A DNA stretch of 64,000 nt, taken from Hydrurus foetidus. Taxonomy: Eukaryota. The position numbers and the translations under genes are program-made. Positions 33,801 through 48,800 of this stretch are shown in pieces. The notes beneath the pieces were generated by a model that saw nothing but the letters and a program-made list of their open reading frames with translations, was not told where the DNA came from and searched no databases. The number at the start of each line of letters is the position of its first letter. Positions within the stretch are counted from its first letter, which is position 1. The DNA lies in NCBI GenBank assembly GCA_900617105.1, contig UYFQ01000340.1, positions 1 through 64,000 of the forward strand, given 5' to 3'.

Positions 33801-36800
33801 CTTTCTGCTTGCTCCCCCTGCCCCCCCTTTTTTGTTGCGTTTTCTCTTTTTTATATTTCATGTTCTTTCTAAAAAATTTCCTTCGTCCCTCTTCTATCTC
33901 TTCCCACCTCCCCCCATCCTTCTCTTCTCGCCGCCTAGGTACCAGTACTCTATGTCGTGTGGGCTCTCTGAGCGCTCTATCCGGTCAGTCTTCCCAGTCC
34001 ACTTGTACGGATTGTCCAAGTACGTACTACTGTCCGTTCCGCGGTACGGTGACCGGTTTACCGTGCCCCCCACACTACTACTGCCCTCAAGGTGAGAGGA
34101 GATGAGATTAAAATGGAAGTGAAAAAAAGAGATGGGATAGGATGGTAGGAGAGGAAATGAAATGAAATGAGTTGAGTTGAGATGAGTTGAGTTGAGATTA
34201 GATCAGATAAAACGAGAGGAAAGGAGATAAGACAAATAAGACAAGATTAGATGATATAAGATAATGTCGTATGGGATACAATGTAAAGCAAGGAAGTAGT
34301 CACGAATAAACTTTAGCAAAAGTACGCTTGGTGGAGAATATTTCGCTTCATTTAGTGTCGCAGCATTGGAAGATACTATGTAATATCCAATACGATCTAG
34401 GGCAGCATTTACAATTTTGCTACAATTGCTTTTGTATTTGGGATAAACACTCTTTTTTTAGTCACTTTTCGTCTCCCTTATAATTGCTTTTCATCTTAAT
34501 CACTTTTATAATTCATCACTTTTATTTTTTCATTTTTCAGGCACAGGATCGTACAGTGTATTCCCCTGTCCCGCTGGTACGCACTCGGAAGTGGGGGGAC
34601 TATATTCAGCCGCCCAGTGCGTCACTTGTTCTGCAGGCAACTACTGCGTAAGTACAGAATAGTGGAGTTAGAACGTACGCTGTACTTTCGTTTTGTATAC
34701 AGTGCAGCGTGTCGTACGTTCTTTTGGAGGATATGTCTGTTTAACGGTCACTTTGCAGCAACACTGCATGAATGTCTAAACACCTCGTCGAATTACTCCA
34801 TCATTCTTATCTCGATCATTTTTCATTTCTCTCCCCTTCAGTTGAGTGGATTTAGTATGGCAGTCTGTCCCATCGGAACGTACAACATGTACCCCGGAGG
34901 AGCGGACCTTGGATCCTGTATTCCATGCGAGATCGGATGGGCGTGTCCCAGCTCAGGTGAGAGAAGGAGTTTCTATTATTGTGATGGAATTACCATCTAA
35001 TTTACAGTGATGTTCCATCTAATTGTAATTTTGAAAGTAATTTGTAAAGAACTTCCTCATCTAAATAATCTGTATCGTATATCATTATCCGCATTCGTGT
35101 GTTAATATTTATGAGATACACATCTACAATAAAACACACATACACGATGTCAGAAGCATATACAATATAATGCACGTATGCAATATACGTATACAGTAAA
35201 CACATACGTTACACAGGTACAATACACATAGAGAAGGAACGTGCATGGTACACTCATGAAATGTTCACACACTGTACAAACATACTAATGCACTGATACA
35301 TTATACCGTAGGCATGTCGAGCAGTTTAACCGTATCCTGCTCTCCCGGCCACTACTGTCCGTACGGTACGGGTTCACCCAACTCTTACCCGTGCAAACCA
35401 GGTACTTCTCTGTGCTACACTATACTGCTACTGTACTTATCTGTACTGTCCCAAGTTGTGCTGTATTGTACTGCAATATACTGTATTGTACCACCACTTC
35501 CACTCATTTCTCCACCCTTCCTTCCTCACCCTTCCCCCTTCTCCTCCCCTTCCCCCTCCCCTTCCTTTCCCCTCCCTTCCTTCCCCACCCTCTCCCCTCC
35601 CTTCCCCTCACTCCTTTACACAAATACATGCCAGGTACTTATTCCGACAACACCACTCTTGGGTCATCCTCCGCCTGCACGATTACCCCTGAGGGTTTTT
35701 CTACCGGATGGGGGAAAACATCTGTCGAACTCTTTATTTGTCCAGTGGGACATTATTGCCCTACGGGGAGCATTCTCGGAGCAGAGGTACCGAGACTCTT
35801 AAATTCCAGACTATTCAAATCTTCTGTTTTTCTGCTCTTCTGTTTGTCCTTTTTATCAAAAACTATGCTTCTCTTCTTCTCTTCTTCTTTTTTAATTGAA
35901 TACGTCACTATAACCTTCTTTTTAATTTTACATGTACATACGTGAAAGAGAAAGAAATAGGAATAGTGCTTTAATTAGCTGAAAGAAAGTAGTGGAATCA
36001 CATCGAATATCTAAAATTGAATGTTGACAAAAACACGTAGCAGACATAATACTCTCACAAACAAATTGCCATGACTTGCATTTTTACACACTGAATTAAT
36101 TTTTACGTACGTACGTACTGCTCGATCCTTTAACTTCTTTAGTTTCCTATTTGCTAACTCTTCTATCTTCTACGCTAAGACATACTATATTCTTGAACCA
36201 TTTAAAAAACTCACTTTCCTTCATTTTACTTCCACATTTACTTACACGTACGTACTGTCAGAGCCCTTGTCCGGGAGGAACGTATTCTGACGTCACTCAA
36301 TTGGTATCGGTGACTCAGTGCAAGCAGTGCACAGCGGGTTCCTTTTGTTCAGGGGGACAGTCAGCGGTCTCGGGGCCGTGCGCTAAGGTACCGTATAGAT
36401 TGTGTGTGGTGTGATGTGATGGTGTTTTTTAAGATTTAACATTTTATTAAGTGTTGTGATGTGTAGTGAGTTTTGCTGAGTCTCTTTTTTTAAATGATAT
36501 GTATTGTATTATATTGTAGTTTGCTGTATCTTATATTATTGTGTTGCGTTGTAATATTGAATTGAATTGAATTGAATTGAATTGTATTGAATTGTATTGT
36601 ATTGAATTGAATTGAATTGAATTCTTCAGAAGAGGTTAAGTGTGATGTGGTGCTGAATCGTTAAAAATTCATCCCATGCCTACTGAGTTACCCTTTTTAT
36701 CATTTTGATATTATCGAGACAGAATAAGATGTCCGAAACAAAGAACGAAAACTGTCGATATTGAGCACTGTCGAAATCGTCACGTGATTTCCGCCTTGGA

Positions 36801-39800
36801 TTTATTAGTTTTTACCGGACATTTTATTCTGTCCTGGGATTATCTGATTTTATTTTCATTGTTTATTTCAATTAAATAATATTTCTTCTAAAATTATTTA
36901 TCATACTGTCCACATTGATAGAACTGTTTATTGTGCCGGTCAAAACTAAATGGGAAAAGTTATTTTGCGGGGAGGTTTTTTCGTGTTTTTGACAGAGGTC
37001 AAAATAACCGTTACTTTGATTCTGCGGTCAAAAACACGAATATGCCGCAAAGCAAATTTTTGCAGCACCGCATAGTTTTGACCGGCACAATATCAAATTA
37101 TTCACAGTCATAACTAATTACATTTCAAATCAATATTTTATTATCTTACATTTCCATTATTTTTTTATTATCATATGATCAGGGTTACGTATGTCCTGCT
37201 GGAAGTACTTACGCCACTAAATTCCCTTGCGCTGCTGGCACGTACTCGTCCAGTACGGACCTGTTCGATCTGGTACGAGTAGCGTTTGTTTAAAAAGTGT
37301 GAGTGTGTGCCACAACACATCTGCATCGCTATGTCATGATGACAGACATGCACATCCAACCTGAAACTAAGTATTAAATACTAAATACATCACAAATCGA
37401 AAATGAAAACGAATATTTCGTATTCCATCGAAATGCTCTGAAGCTGTCCCAATACGTGATACAAAATATCATCGACATCTTTCTAATTGAAATCTCGCCC
37501 TTCTCAACAACCAATTCACTGTAATCAAATACATTTTCTCCGTACTTACACCCTTCCTATTCGTACGTGCTGTCCGTTAGTCGGAATGTACGGCCAGTGC
37601 TCCTGGTAGCTACTGCTTCTCCGGCTCGATTGATTCCACTCCCTGTCCCCAAGGCACATACTCCGCACAGTACAACACACAGAGCCCAGGTATCGTATAA
37701 TTTATGTATAACTAACTCTTTTAATCTTCCAAATTTCTCACTAAATTGAATGTTACTTATGGTTATTTTTTTGTTTTCCTTATTGTCATTTTTTTTCATT
37801 TACTTTTATATTTGTACGCATACATTTATTCTTCACTAATTCATATTTAACTTGTGCACATATTTTACTCGTGCACTTTTTTTTTATTAGTTCCTCATTC
37901 ACTATATTTGATTCCGGAGATTTATCGATATTACTTTCAACGAATTATCCCTCCCTATTTTACAATTCGTCCTAACAGAATCAATATTGTATGGAATTTT
38001 TAGGTCCAGGAATTTATCCGGCATGCACTTCTTGTCCAGGTATGAGAGGAAATTGATAATATCCGTATAAATTTTGATTTGTTGCTAGATTAATTACATA
38101 TTATTACATGTGTATGTGAATGAATGTGTGTGTACGCGTGTGTGTATGTATGTACGCACGTATGTATGTATGTACGTATATGTGTATGTGCGTGTTAATG
38201 TAAGATTACAAAAACTGTTCTCCCGTCACATTTCGATTATTCGACAGTCTTCACCTTTAACCCATGCACAAATATCCGTCATTACACTAATCTTGAATAG
38301 TACCACATCTGGATTCCATCTTACACTTCAACTTCAACTTCAACATAGCTGGATCTTTTTGCCCTTCGGGTAGTGCATCTTCAACTCCGTGTGGTGTGGG
38401 GTATTATTCGGCATCTCTTTCTTCCGTGTGTTCTATTTGTCCGAGAGGGTTCTATTGCGGGTAAGATATATTGAATACTTCATTCTGTTGTATTTATGTG
38501 TGTGTGACGATCCGATTTATGCGATAATGCATCTGTTCGTCAAAATTCACGTAGAAAGTTAGTAAAATTTGATTGGCATTGTTATTAGTGTGGAGTAGTA
38601 GAAAATTGATTTCTTGTACAGTATGTATGAAAATCACGTGCTTATGATAAGATATTGCATTGTCCTGTGCAATCGTTGTCTTATGTTGTCATTTATAATA
38701 CTCCTGTCAACACTTTATCATCGTATTACCTTTTGTTTTCACTTTAATTTTTCAAAATTATCAGCACTAACATTTTACAAATTTTTTTAAGATTATTCAC
38801 TCTAACATAAATTCTACTACTTTTTTTCGCATTATTATAGTATGGTAATCTTCTGACGCTTTCTATGTGCGTTTGTTATTTTTCTTCTAGATCAAACACT
38901 ACATCGGACATTTCTCTTCAAAACGGGGGGTCTCTTTGGTCCCATTCGAGCGACCTCTCGGGGGGATGCTTCAACGGTTAGTACGTACTTACATAAAATT
39001 CATATATACGCACACATAATGTGTTTGGATTTTGCTAGATTCAGTTTTTGTCATTAATTTCTTTCGTTGTCAATCTGTACCGTGAGAATGCGATCGAATA
39101 CTACGACGTAATATAGACTATATAGAAAACATTATTAGAAGATTTGTGTGTTTTATAAACAACGTCCACAACTTTATTTTATTGTTAATACTGTAAGACA
39201 ACAAAACATCCTCATACTCATAAAAATCTCGAATCTAAATCTAAATCTAAATCTGAATCTAAATCTAAAATTGTACGTGCATACAGGAACGTACTGCTCC
39301 CTCGGCATGACTCGAACCCCCGACCTCTCAAGAGACCCCTGCATACCCGGTTACTACTGCCCCGTAAAGACCCCCTATCCCGTCCCTTGCCCAGGGGGTA
39401 CTTATTCTGCAGTGGCTGGGAGGTCCTTCTTGTCCGATTGTACAGTCACTCCTGGGGTACGTACGCTGTATGTACGGTATGTTTTACTTCATTCTTGTCT
39501 CATATTTTATACAACAAAATATAACATAATCGGTTAGGGTTAGGGTTAGAGCTAGGGTGAGGGACAAAATTTAACATAATTATACATTATGTAAACCTTT
39601 TTTGTCACATGAAGTTATTTACTCTGATGTTGCCATTTGTTTCATTACTTTCCTGAAGGGCTTTTATTCAACGGCTAACTCTACTAAGCCAAATGGGAAG
39701 TGCTTTCCAGGTATTTCCATCTAATGACCGAAAATTGTGACAATCATTAATTTTATGGTGTTTTTTGTTGAGCTCTGTAATTCCTTTGATAAGCTGATGA

Positions 39801-42800
39801 TTTCGCTTTCTTATGGTATTGATTTTATTCTTTTTGCGGAGTTTAATTTTATTTACAGTTATCACTTTATATCGACTTGAACGTGGTGATTCACCGTAAT
39901 ACACGTCTGTTCGCATATATGTGTGTTAATGTACAGTATGCATATTTCCACGAATTGAAATTTCTTCAGATATTAAGAAAATTAGCAGCAATCAGCCATT
40001 ATTCAATTCCTAGCTGTTCCCTCCTTCCGTCTCTCCTCCCCCTCCCCCCTCTCTTTTCACCCTTTACCCTCTTCTCCTCCCCTCACCCCCTCTCTTTCTC
40101 CCATGCATTTCCCTTCTCAGGGTATTATTGTCCCCCCGGGTCCACCTCTCCGTCAGAGGTGCCCTGTCCCTCTCGGTTCTATCGACCGGATGTAGGGGGT
40201 GCAGATGTGTCGGACTGCTCGCTGTGCACTGCAGGGAGGTGGGTCCTGTTTGTTTGAATGTTCTGATGTTTAATTGTATCCGTTTTTCTTTTTTTAATTT
40301 ACTTCATTTTCATAATTTTTTCCTTTTTTTCTCTCTGTCTCTACGTACTTACTATCGATCCATTTCCTTGGTTTTCTTAACTTTTTTATTTACTTTGCTT
40401 TACTTTACTTTACTTTACCTTACTTTACTTTATATTTTCTTTTCAGTTACTGTCTCGCAGCTTCGGTCTACCCCACGATCTGCCCTAAAGGGTATTTCTG
40501 TTTAACCGGAACAGACACGCCTCAGCCGTGTCTACCGGGAAGTTATGGCAACACTACAGGCTTACGGTAAATCTTTACTGCGAGATTATCCTTTTTCTTC
40601 TTCATTCATTTTTACATTTGATCTCTAGTTTTTTCTCTTCATCTTCATTTCTCTTTCTTCCCTTTTGACACATTGTTTTCCTCTTTCTTTCATTTCATTT
40701 TTTCTAATACTTTTTATTTTTTCTTCTCCTTTTTCCATTTCTTCACAACATATAAATGCTTCCACAGGTCGAGTTCTGAGTGTTTAACGTGTACCGGAGG
40801 ATCCTTCTGCAACGGCTACGGCTTACTAGGTGAACATCTTACTCTCACATTATCGTGGATATTTTGATGCATATTATTACATTCAATTGTCATGTTATCA
40901 TCTTTCCTCTATGATGTGCAGCTGCAATGTCCTGAATAATTTGTGCGTAAAATGTGATACACTATAGCCAAATTATGCATATTTAAATTAATTTTTATAT
41001 TACGTGTTTTCTGATATGATACATTTTACTGTTTTATTGACTTGCACTCTTAATCAAAACATCAATATCAATCGAAAAGATTTTAAAATGCAGTCTAACC
41101 ACTTAACAATATCACCCTCACAGCGCCCCGCGGCTTAGTCTCGTCAGGATTCTACTGCTTATCAGGTTGCAACACCTCCACTCCCCACTCCTTGGCATCG
41201 AACGTACGTACATACACATGAGAAGATTAGTGGAGAGAGAGATGCGTGTGTGTGTGTTGAGTGACAGTGCAGTAGAATACAAGACGTTGCATCGCGTAGA
41301 ACAGTATATCACTACACCACACTACACTACACTACACTACACTACACCGCAATACACTACACTACACTATACCACACAACACTACACTACACTGCACTAC
41401 ACTACACTACACCGCTCCGCAATACACTACATCGAGCTATTAACTAAGAAAAGTTGGAAATAAGTTGTTTTATTTATTTGACTTCCTTACCATTCAACAA
41501 AAATGTTTCAAATCCCTACCAATTTACTCTTAAATCCCGACTATTTCTGCCTATTTAGGTGAGTTTTATTTCGTCTTCTAGAGGCGTTCTGACTGCCTTT
41601 CTGACCGATGGGAGAGGGGGCTCTCTGGGAGGGGTCTGTCCAACCGGTGCCTACTGCCCGGGAGGTACGTATGTACGGACATGTGTGGAGATTTTAGTGT
41701 AGTGTGGGACTGGGATTGTGTTTAAGTGTCCTATTTTGAGAAGTACGTATTCTGTTTTCGTCACTTTACTGTTGATTCTTTTAACGTTCCTCTCTCACCT
41801 TTCTTCTCTCACTATTTTTTAATCTTCTTTTACCTTTCTTCTCTTGTCTACTCTCCTCTGCTATTACCCCTCTTCTCTTCTATTACACCCTTCTCTTCTC
41901 AGTCTCTCCTTTGATTCTCTGAAGGTGATGTATACGCGTACGACGGAACGGTGTTGTTGTGGGTCTAAAAGTTAATATTTATTTTATCATAGTTAAGTTA
42001 CTTCTGTTGTTAAAATTGGTTAATAATTATGACTGAAAACATTCAAAATTGCAATAACTTTCTTCAAACTTATTACATGTGTCCATTCTTTTTTTCACCA
42101 CATATTAATTCACTGTCATTCTAGGAAACGGTCTGTCAGCGGTGACCGGTCCGTGCAGTGCGGGTTACTACTGTGTGCTGGGTGCATACACACCCACACA
42201 GTTTATAACGCCCCCCGGCTATTTCTCTACGGCCAAGGTAACGTTTACCGTTCCATCTAATAGAACTCAAATGTATATTTATGTTGTATTTCAAATGTAG
42301 ATGATTCCACACACCTTCTGAATATTCCTGAATTTTATACGTACGTACATACCTCCAATATTACGATAGAAAAAAGTACTCTACCATTGTCCAAAAACAC
42401 AAAACATGCATACAATAAATACAATCGTATGTTCCGTATTAATTCTATACCCTTGTGATGACGTGTATCTGTCTTATTGTCCCACACTCATACTCTTTAG
42501 GCGAGCAATGCGACATCTTGTTCCCCTGGCACGTACAACAGTCAGTACGGACAGACTAGACCCTGTCCTCCCTGTCCCTCTGGATTTTATTGTCCTAACA
42601 GTACCATGGTAAGTACATGTTTTCGGTTCTAGTAAGTTAGTAGTTAGTATGTGACTATTGTTTATTTAGAGCGCTGATTTCTGTAAAAGACTCGATAAAG
42701 AACTTGCATACATAATCGATATATGCATCTGTATATCGTAATACATTTATATTGCACAGCTACTATACCTGTGTATGAAATAGACAGATTGATAACAATC

Positions 42801-45800
42801 TATTAGTATACAGATCAATTTATCTAAAAAATTAATCTTCGGTACATCTGCCGTATCTACTTTGTTACGTATCAACAAACCATTATTCATGTACTGAATC
42901 ACGTACTCTACATCGTCATACCGTACAGACATCGTACGATCAGTACATGTGCACTCCAGGTCATTACTGCGCAGAAGGGTCCACTTTACCGTCTCCCTGT
43001 ACACCCGGTACTTTCTCTCCGGCCAAAGGAAATAGCCGTGTAGCCGACTGCTTGCCCTGCTTACCCGGCCAGTACTGCTCAGCCCAAGGTGCGGGAACTG
43101 AAAAAATTGTGCATGATTAGAAATAATGCACAATTTGAATATATTTCTTTTTGTGTATAAGCTGGAATAGAAATGGGATTCGATTATCATTTCTTTCGTA
43201 ATTACTCATCTTATAATCTGATAGTTTTTTGCAGTTTTTCTTTTTTTCCTTTAATCTCTCGTTAAACCTGATCGGTGAAACTACACTCCTAACCATTACC
43301 TTTAATTCTTTTACTTCATCTTCTCTTCCCTTTTTTCTTCTCACTTTTTCTTCTTTTTCTTAGGATTAATATCTCCAACAGGTCTCTGTGCTGCCGGATA
43401 TTACTGTCTGAATAACGCCGTGTCCCCGCTACAGCCGGCCACCACACTTACCGGAGGTCCCTGCACACCCGGCCACTATTGTCTACAAGGTCGCACTGAT
43501 AATTATACGTGCACAGAAAACTAATCTTTTTCTTTATCTTAATTACACTTTTACGAAGTTGAATTTTCGTCTGATAATCCGTATGTCTATGTATTCATTT
43601 AGAGACTCATTTTTTCTTAATTCGAAAAAAGTTCACGTTTTTTGTCCGTAATTTCTCCAGCATCACACTCACTGATTTAGTATTTCTCTCTATGTTTATG
43701 GTATCAGGATCTGGAGCCCCCACACAGTGTCCCAAAGGAACTTACATGTCAGGTGCGTACGGACACATGAAACCTTAACACGTATATAATCTTGTAGTCT
43801 ATCGTGTGATAAAATCAATATATGAATTGATGGCAGTTCCTTCTCGTATGATAGCAGTAATGAATCATGTACATCAAACCAAACACACATTTGAACATTT
43901 TCCACTTTAAATTGGCATACCTCTAAGAACGGAAAACCACAATTCATAGGTTTTGGCTCGACAGGCAATGTGACGTACGGAGGCGTCACGTACTATTGCG
44001 ATCTGTGCCCTGGAGGAACGGCGTGTGAATTGACAGGTTTAGCGGGAAATAGCTCAGGTGCATTACTGTGTCCACTACATGCATGTATGTTTGTGTTATT
44101 GAGACTGTGTGTGTGTGTATGTGTATGTGTCCAGTTTTTTATAAATCGAAAATTCGGTCAGTACAGATTTATCGTTTCTACATTATTATCATCGCCAGTT
44201 ATTTTTATTTTCTCTATAACTCTCTTCCTCATCTCTATCTCTCGTCATCTCCTGCAGTCATCACACTTTTCCTCTCACTCTCCCCCCCTCTCCCTTCTTC
44301 TCTCTACCTCTTCCTACCCTTTTTTTACCCCCCTTTTTACCCTGTTCTCCTTTATTCTGAATCCGTTTTTTTCTTCTTTCCTTTCTTTGTAGCATGTGCT
44401 GCTGGCTATTGGTGCAACATCGGTGCGGTGAGTAAGTACGCCACATGCAGCAGTACGTTCTGCACTAGTATGTACGGCATTTGCCCCCCGGGATTTTCTT
44501 GCCCTCTGGGGTCCATGCTACCTACTGTATGTGGGGACGGATACTACATGAACAGGTAGAGGTGGCAAATACGAATTACGAGTCTATTTTTATCATTTTT
44601 GATTACACAACTAAACAATGTCTTTTTGTTCGGACCTTACAATGATATTGCATTGCAGCTTTAACGAGTTTTTTTATCGGTAACTTTGTTTTAGTGTTCT
44701 TCTCTCAAAGATGTTTCTTCATAAAAAACATTTTTTCGATGTGTTTTTAGGACACGTGCGTCAGTGTGCGATATCTGTCCGGCAGGATTCAGATGTACGA
44801 ATTTAGCGGCATATCCGTGTTCTGTAGGTCACTACTGTCCAGCAGGTGGGTGGAGAAATGTGTGTGCGTGTGTGTGCGTGTGCGTGCGTGTGTGTGTGTG
44901 GGTGTTTCTTAGTCTGTTTAGCTGGCTGGCTGGCTGGCTGCAATTGTGAGAGCAGCGAGCGAATGAGTGTGGGATGTGGTTTACGTACATCTCAATGTGT
45001 AAGGGTGGGTGTATACATGTGTATAATCGACAGTGTATCATTATCACGAACTCGTATCATCGTTCTTTCCCTCAATTATTCTTCATCCTATCTTCCACCA
45101 CATCATCATTTTTCATTTCTTCACCGTGTCTATTTCCCCTACACCCTATTCAATTAACACTCATTTTTCTCCCCTACTATTTAACCGTGGTTCGTTTCTT
45201 CCTTCCTATTCTTAATCATTTCCTTCACAATACCATCAATTCCAGGTACCGGTATTTCCCCTGTCCCTTGTCCTATCGGAACTTACAACAACATCTTGAG
45301 CATAAAATCATCCTACGAGTGCCACGTGTGCGATGCCGGATCGTACTGTAGCACTTCCGGCCTACCCGGCCCAAACGGACTCTGTACCCCTGGATTCTAC
45401 TGCCCTGAAGGTACGTACGTGCATACGTGCGACTTGTACGTATGTATACGGATTTAAATCTTTGTGTATTAAGTGTTCTTTCTGGCGAATGTTGCGAGTG
45501 AGAACAATTCAGTATTAGTCACTTTATGTTTACTAAATTGGCCAATATTTTTAATTTCTCGTCATGATTGGTTCTCTTTTTCTTTTCTTCATAGAAGTCT
45601 GCACAATTTAATTCCAACACATCCAATGCTCCTAATTACTTACGCCATCCACACCATACCCCCACAGGATCGTACGATAATCTTGGCCGTACATCCTATG
45701 CAGCAAACAGTACGTGTCCCACCGGTTCGTACTGTGCGGCTGGATCCGTTATACCTTTAGCGTGTCCTCCCGGAACATACAATCCGAAATACGGTGTGTG

Positions 45801-48800
45801 AGAATTATCGCTTGCGAGATAATTTGTCTGTTGATTGGTTTGAAGATGTTCGTGAAGTGCATTGACAGCTTCACTCTTATCAGTCTCTCCATCTTTGTTC
45901 GTTCATATTTACAGCTCACTCCCCCCTCCTCTCCCCTTCTCTCTTTCTCTTCCTTGATTCGTCCCTCTACCCTGTTCTACTCTCTTCCTCTTTTTCGCCT
46001 CTTCCCTGATTCTTCCTTCTTCCTTTTCCTTCCTTCCTTCCTCCTTCCCTTTTCCCCCTGATTTGTTTTTGATTTTGATTTGATTTTGATTCTGATTTAC
46101 CCTTTCCCTTTCCTTTCCCTCCCTTTTACCCTCTCTCTATCTTAGGCATAACATCTCAATCAGAGTGTCTCGACTGCACACCCGGATTCGCCTGTCCCAA
46201 CTTCAACATGACTCTCCCCACCCTCCCTTGCGCTGCTGGGCACTACTGTACTTTGGGCGCACGTACAGTCACACCTACCGTACTTACAGCGACTATCAGA
46301 TTAGGTCAGTGAGATGTTCCGGATAATACGTTGCCTTCAATTGGTCTATCTGTACAATTTAGTGATGTTAATGTTTGATATGATTACTATAGTGACTCTG
46401 ATTAAATTAGCCTTAAGATGTCCATAAATTGAACAGTTGTAAGTTACACTTACTTTTATATTATTATTGCATTTCTTGTATTATTATTACACTGTCTATT
46501 CTACTATTTCACACAAACAAATTTTATTTTTTATACATATTTTAACTTTCACATTGCAGGTATCTCTGTTTTGTTGGGAGGTGGGGTTTGTCCCCAGGGT
46601 AGTTATTGTCCCTTGGGGGCCACAGCACCTGTACCGTGTCCAGTGGGAACGTACGCTTTACTGCCACAAGTACGTACATCTCAATAGTAAATAGTAAACG
46701 ACAATGAAATTCATTTTATTTTTTCTGATTTCATTTCATACCGTCAATCCTTTTTTCTGTTTAGATCATTTACTCTATTTCTCTGCCTTAATCTATTACA
46801 TTCATCAGACATCTTTTCATCCACTATCCCCAAATGTTCCACTCCTCCTTAAGATCGTTATGTCGTAATGAATTGTCTTGTGTTGTCTTGTCGTATCTTG
46901 TCTCGTCTTGTGTCGTCTTGTCTTGTTTTGTGTCGACTTGTCTTGTCTTGTCTTTTTTTCTTCTCTTCTCTTGTCTTCTCTTGTCTTCTCTTGTATATTT
47001 TCTATTTTTGCTCCCTTCCCGTCATTTTATCTTTTTTCCTTTTTCAGTTTCTCCCGGCATTTCTCGCTTACAATCTCACTCCTTCACGACTTTTCATCGT
47101 TGACGAATCTCTCTCTTCTCATCTTCTGTACACCCAGCAATCAATGTGTGCCCTATGCCCATCATCATACTTCTGTCCAGGAGGAGTGGGGAACTATTTA
47201 ACCGGATTTGACTGTATACCCGGCCATTACTGTCTGAAAGGAACAACATCTGCCAATCAGTATCCATGCCCAGCGGGTAATAAAATATTTTCTTGTAGTT
47301 GAATTTATTAATTCATTATGACGTATTCTCATTAATTGATGATGTTGCGAACATGCTAGGATAATATTTCTTATTTCTCTTTTACTACTTCATATATTTT
47401 ACGTATTCAGTATTCGACAATACGTACAAAAAAACACATTATACTCACATTATTTATTGTCGCACGCAGGCACGTACAATAACCGTACGGGCCGAGGTAA
47501 CATAACGGACTGTACGTTAGCTGGACCCGGCACATATTCAGGTGAGAGAAAGCAAAGGTGTTACTCTATTAACTGTGTTAGTATCTGCATATTTGCTGAG
47601 CAGAATGAGAAGGTCTTGGTTCTGGAATTTCAGAACTGGGACCGTATTCCAACGAAATTCGACTAACATTGTAGAAAATATCCAGAAGGCATCACAAATA
47701 GTAAATGTCTTGCAAGATTAGGCATGATTAGATATAATTGACAATCGTACTAAAAAGCCACTTACGACCATGACACCGGATAAATTAATGCGAATAAAAT
47801 TTCATTTTACAGCTGGTACGGGAAACATAGCGGTGAGCGGCTTATGCTCTATCGGTTATTACTGTGCTCTGGGGTCTGTCACTTCCCAACCGCAGTGCAG
47901 TACATCTTACTGCTCTACCGGAGGACCCTGCATACCCGGCCAACAATGCCTAGCAGGTAATTTATTTAAGGTTTCTAATTATCAGAATTTTTTATTTTAA
48001 TCGAGAATTGTTATTGAACTCTAAGTGTATTTATTCGTTGTAAATTGAAGTAATTTCCGTTTTTTTGATTGTATCTATCCTTACCTTACGTTCTTACTTC
48101 TTATGTATCACGTATAGCATGCCATCTTACGTCACTTCCTCATGTCTCATCTGATCTCATTTGAATTTATCTTATCTCACCTAATTTCTTCTCTGTGTTC
48201 TCACCTCTTCTTTACCTCTGACCATTTCCTTCTCCCCCTGTTAACTCTCAGGCACAGCAACACCTCAACTATGCCCCGGCGGATTATACTGCAGTACGGC
48301 CAACGGCCTTCCTACCGGACCCTGCCAACCCGGCTATTACTGTATAGCCGGTATAAAAACTCCCGTTCCCGTAAAGGTAATTTCCATTGAATTTGATGGT
48401 ATTTCCATTTTTTAGATGATTCTTAAAATTGATTTTCTGTGTACTTAGAGATCTTGATCGAAAAACAAAGTGTCTTAAATCAACATTTTTACTCTATTTG
48501 TTTGACGTACTTTTTCAAGCGTACACGATGCGGCGTCTTCTTACCGATCTACACGTATTTAGAATGTATGGGCTTCTTCGTTTGCTATATCCTACATTCT
48601 GTATTCAACCTCATAATCTGTATTCTGTGTCATCATTTTATTAGTATATTTATTTTTCTCATTTATTTTTTTCCTCCAGGTTTATTTCAACAATTCTCTA
48701 GTGGGAGATATCTGCCCTCCAGGTAAATAAAAAATGCCAAATAATTTACATTAGATGCTATAGACAATGTGTTAGATGCTAGGTACTGGCACTTGATGCT

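Noticed and set aside
39533..39563. TTAGGG-like interstitial telomeric repeat
   Set aside because: Only about two perfect units amid many simple repeats; not significant.
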